Part shown: piece after piece, positions 53,224 through 64,000 of the stretch | How positions within the stretch are numbered: position 1 is the stretch's first letter | Layout: every line of letters begins with the position of its first letter | From: Balanoglossus misakiensis | Taxonomy: Eukaryota; Animalia; Hemichordata | Direction of reading: 5' to 3' | Assembly (NCBI GenBank): GCA_040954595.2 | Contig: CM082580.2 | Location: forward strand, 13,690,242-13,754,241 | Length of the DNA stretch: 64,000 bases | Made by a program: the position numbers and the translations under genes | The notes under the pieces: model-generated | What the model saw: the letters and a program-made list of their open reading frames with translations, nothing else | Told to the model about the DNA's origin: nothing | Database searches by the model: none

Positions 53224-55289
53224 GTCGCTGTATGCGCACACATATGCATGTATTTAGTCGGGGCAGGTGACAATCAAATCCCACAATCAAAATATATATA
53301 AAAGTTGTCAGTTGAATACCGTTTTCAAAGTTGTGTTGGAATACTTAACAGTACAGTAAGGTGTAGCCATTATTCACAACCGGATCCTGGATTCGTAAGT
53401 CCCGGGTAGTACTGTACACAATACAGTTGCCAACGTTACAGCGCGGCGTACAAACACGCGTTGTTTCCCTCTTTTGTATCTTTTCATCTCTCCCAAGCAG
53501 GTGCTTGTTTGGGTTACTGTAGTGTACACATCCCCGTCATGCCATGGCTTGAAGCAACGTACCAACCATTTTATAATCAAATGCTACCTGTCATGTCATT
53601 AAATGTCAAGATGACCTATGACCTTAATTTCGATTTCGTCATATCGCCCTCAACATATGTCTTGACAAATACTTTCTTTTATTGGACCTCTTTTATTTTC
53701 TCTTCGAATGGCATACTTATACATCGCAATTCATGAGATCAGCATAAAGACACATTTCAAAGCCGCCACCTCTTTTATAACACAAGGGCAGTCATTGGGG
53801 GGACTGTGGTATGAATCCTCAGTACTTGTAGGGCTTCTAATATGGGTTGAAAATCAACAAATCAAGTCCAGAATGCTAATCTTAATATAATTTATTTGGT
53901 GACCTTTTCCTACAAAAAAAAATAATAAACTGCACATGGAACTGATTAAAACAAAACAAAAAAAACCAACAAGGATTGTATCTGTAACTGACAATGGTTG
54001 TTTAAGTATACATACATTTTGTTAACATGATTCAACCTCACATGACCTTTGGTGGAAAGGTACAAATTTGTTTTGTAAAGTCAACAGTTTTATGTAACAA
54101 AATAAAAGCAATTCTAACTTACAATTTACCCCCAAAATCATCTCCCCATCCTCTGGGATGAAATCTTCTTTCCCGTGAAATGTTCATTTATACAAAACTC
54201 GCAAAATGTTGTAGTTTTCTTTGGAACCAGGATGAGGAAGGTGTCACTCAGAAAAAGAGGACTTCATTAATTTCTTTTTGCATAGATAGGTCATAGATCA
54301 TCCTGGGCACAGGGTACATGGCAAACCCATGGCCTTTTTATTCTCAAAGAGAACTACAACAGTATTGATGGTGGAAGAAAGTTGTTTAAGCAATAAAACA
54401 GAAGTATTGGAGGTTACTTGTAAAATGCAATACATTGCTATGGAATAGTTTAACAGCATTTAGGCTGAATTTTATCTCAAGGCACTGCATTCCTGGTGGA
54501 GAGAACTTTGATGCGAGAGGTCAGAGTTCAGTTAAAAAATTTCTGGAGGAGGGGAGAACATTGGAACAATGAAGATAAAAACAGTCTACTGTTTTATAGC
54601 ATAAAACTAATAAACCCTAACACCCCCATAATCCCTGGCATAAAAGTGGTACCCCTGTCTTTTCCCTGCGTTCACAAAGAACGTTCCATGGGGAATTAGG
54701 GGTGGGCAAGTTCAAAAATAGGGACCTGCAAACTGACAACTACCGGGGGAAAGCAGAAAAGGATAACATTAAATAATGGTTAAACAACCAAAGTTAACAA
54801 GGTAATTTTGAAGAAGGGTAACTATTTACAAAATATAAGACTATAATAATTTGTTTTGAGATGAGAGGTACATGAATACATCTGAAATGCAACTATTCCT
54901 CTTTCTGTTCATAAATATGTCCCTCTGAAAGACAAATCACATTCCCTTACGATTATCTTCCACACGCATACACACACACAAGTAGTTTTGTATCTCGATG
55001 ATAGAAAGTGTATTAAACTGTGATATATTGGACTTTGTTATGTACATTTTGTAAAAGACTTCTGACTGCTACAGAATACATGTACACATAAAAACTAGGA
55101 TGTTTAAGCAGTTTCTGTAATCTCTGACAGCTACTACCACAGCTTATGAGCAGTAATCTATGCTCATTTCCCATCATACAAAAGATTGATCAAATCTCTT
55201 GAGATCGTGTTAATTCCGTCAGACACACTAGTGATGATATATGACACTGCTTCCATACTGAGCTGCAATAAATGTTGACTGTGCTTGGT

Positions 55290-55383
55290 TTAACCCCTTT
55301 CACCCCCAGTTCCCTCTTTAAAGGTCCAACTTTACCATAGAAAACAATGGGTTTGGACTGAACCATGGTGGAGAAAGGGTTCA
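55290..55383. mobile_element. Second copy of the same MITE, in opposite orientation
   Basis: TTAACCCCTTTCACCCCCAGTTCCCTCTTT...GGGTTTGGACTGAACCATGGTGGAGAAAGGGTTCA is nearly the reverse complement of 52123-52215. Confidence 0.75.
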
Positions 55384-56543
55384 TTTTAGTTAGGAACTTA
55401 AAGCCAACACTAAAATGTTAGTTTGATTTGCTTCCCAAAAGTGTCAAGTGGTTAACACGAAGTGGAGTACAGCGAGCTAAGTGGTGAATAGTGCCCTCTG
55501 GAGACAGCGATTGAAGCCACAGGGCAGGACAGATAGCTACTGCCCTCTCAAGGTAGAATTTGCAGAATGTTAATGCCACAAGAGCTGTATGAAAGTCAAC
55601 TCATGCAACTGGGAAAGCTAACCAAACCAATCTTCAAGTAAGTTCATCAACATAATGACAAGTACACATAAAACATAAAACCTACTGATGGTGTAATATT
55701 TTGATGGTAAATAGATGTCAAAATAAGTCAAAAAAGCCTAATGTCTTCATAGTATATATGGTATGTTATGTGCACTGGACAAGATTCCATGATCTGGCAA
55801 CACAGAAACACAACAGTATTGGTGGCCTTTTATCCCTAAGCTGTACAAAATACAAGCCATTCCTGTTTTTACACTACTGCTTTGTTATCAACAGCTTTTG
55901 AATGTTTTATCTGACGGTGATTCGGCTGAGGATACAGTTCCTCCTCTCTTGTTAATCATTCACAAGATTTCTGTGTCTGATCTACTCTTAACGAATAAAA
56001 TCTGTCATAGTATTTTCCAGTATTCTGAACATTTTAGCTTTGAACAAAAATTATCCAACTGTGTTTTCTATTATCATAACTTTGATTTTGATTTTGATGA
56101 GTTATTTGAATCAAACACTTTTCAGTCATTTCCCATGATTCCAGTCACATAAGGTACAATCAATCCAATCATCTTCAGTGATTATAATCACATGATCTGA
56201 GGCACAATCTGTCTGGTCGTTTCGCACAATGTCACTCGTACGATCTGCAATGCAATCAATCAATGCAACAGTCTGCTGTGATTCTGATCATGTGATCTGC
56301 TGAGCTGCAAATTGTCCAATCATCTTCTGCCATTCTCTCACATGATCTGTAGTTTTTGAGAGGAATGTAAGAAGACAGGCTGTGTTCATATTTATCTTGT
56401 CTCCTGCACAGTCATAAATACTCCAGAGAGCTACTGAGAGTGATGTCCATAATTTCCATCGCTTGGCTGCGACTCGTCCATGCAGATGACAGGTCAAATA
56501 TGGAATCCAGCATGTTAGTTGTCAGTAGATTTTTCTCCAGGCT

Positions 56544-62503
<5,960 letters not shown>

Positions 62504-63616
62504 GGCTTTCTGATTCAAACAAATTCAAGAAAATTTCCGATTTTCACTCTGCCATTGATGTAGAAACAATATGCTTAGGGCTTTTATATGAGGCTGGGTA
62601 GAGATAAAATGTTTGCCAGTGTACACCTGTTCCTGGCAACTTTTCTCCCATGGTATGCAAATCACATCAATTCCCATTTCAGGGCCTGCATGGAAAGCTA
62701 ATCCCGGATCAATAAACAGGACAACCAGGCCCCGGAACCAGAATACTGACAGAGCTGGAAATAAATTCGGTGAGGGGCTTTATCAATTTCATATTGATTG
62801 CCTCAGTGTGGTAAGGTAAGTCGACTGATGAATAGGCTATTTAGGATTTATATATGCATCAGCAAACATTGTCAGCTGGGTTTTTTTGTGAGCCTTCACT
62901 TAAATATTCATGAAGGCTTGTTCTAATTGGCCAGTTTCCTTAGTACGCACCAAACATCCCTAGATTTTATTGATTGTGTTTTACTGTGGACTTTGAGTGA
63001 CTGCTCTAAACCTGACATTTCCATTAACCTGTTTATTTCATAGAAGCAATGTCATATTTTAACGAAAAGCAAATATTGAGGTTCACAAAAGAAGTACATT
63101 TTTTGCCATGCTTGGAAAAAAAGTTAATTTTTTTTGGTAATTCAGATATGGTAGGTTTCCCAAAGCAATTGAAGGAAATTCTCTTTGTACAAGTTTTTTT
63201 TTGAAAATAAAGAAGAATATATGTTATTCAATGTTCTATCTGTCCCGCTGTAATTGCATGCATTCTTATCTGTGGGAATGTTCTGAGCCGAGAACAGCTT
63301 GAACTTATTTTAATCAAGATCTCGCCTGTGTAAAGCACAATTTCATATTTACCATGTTCAGCTCATGTCAGCCTCACACTGTAGTTCTATTTCCAATCCC
63401 ACAATGCAGTGCACACTACTCACCCTTAGTACAAGATCACATTCTCATCATCAACACATTACGCATTGCAGATATTGGCAAAATGATGTCTACAAATAGG
63501 TTTTAGAACAAATCTTTAATTTTTTCACCAAAGAACCGTTAATTTGTATAGCCTAGGCAAGCCCTTTTTGCATTTAGTCTATGGCGATTTCCATCAGACA
63601 TTATATTTTTCAAATT

Positions 63617-63681
63617 TAACCCATTGTTTTCCCCAGAGTGTAACTGGACCTGAATGGTGGAAAATGGGGTGAAAGGGTTAG
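63617..63681. mobile_element. Diverged relative of the 52.1-kb MITE (one end)
   Basis: AACCCATTGTTTTC..TGGACC..GGGGTGAAAGGGTTA matches the interior and right TIR of the 52123 copy. Confidence 0.5.
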
Positions 63682-64000
63682 AGCTAAAGCATACACACAT
63701 CAACTGAACTAGTGGACATCAAGTCTTACTGTCAGCATCGCAACCCTGGCTGACCTACATAGACAAGAAAATCAACAGACAGACACATACACACGCTAGC
63801 ATTGTTCACAGGATAAATTCTGTGTTGACTTTGAGCCTTCCCTGGTCCTTGTCCAGGTCAAAAAATGTGAACAGTTTAGGTTGGGCAGGAGTACGAGTGA
63901 GGATCTCAATAATTTTAAATGTTCAGGTGATATTATTAAACAGCCAAGGTGAATGTGTTTTGTCAATTACAACGTTAGACAGGAAAAAGAACTGATCATC

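Overview
This is eukaryotic (animal) genomic DNA, probably from a marine invertebrate deuterostome; the taxon is my inference. Bases 1-21971 are an AT-rich 87-bp satellite array of about 250 monomers that runs off the left edge. It has two orientation switches (about 2912 and 21722), a nascent ~4-kb higher-order duplication, and diverged subfamilies at its right edge. All long ORFs listed in that region are repeat artefacts. The rest holds six intron-containing genes, all on the minus strand: integrin alpha (alpha4/alpha9-like, first 6 exons only), a complete 23-exon integrin beta, a PhyH-family dioxygenase, a DEG/ENaC (ASIC-like) channel, CERKL and Su(H)/RBPJ. The main observation is that the satellite starts 6 nt after the splice donor of integrin-alpha exon 6. 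The gene therefore either splices across a palindromic satellite intron of more than 22 kb, or is truncated or misassembled there. Exon boundaries were read by eye.
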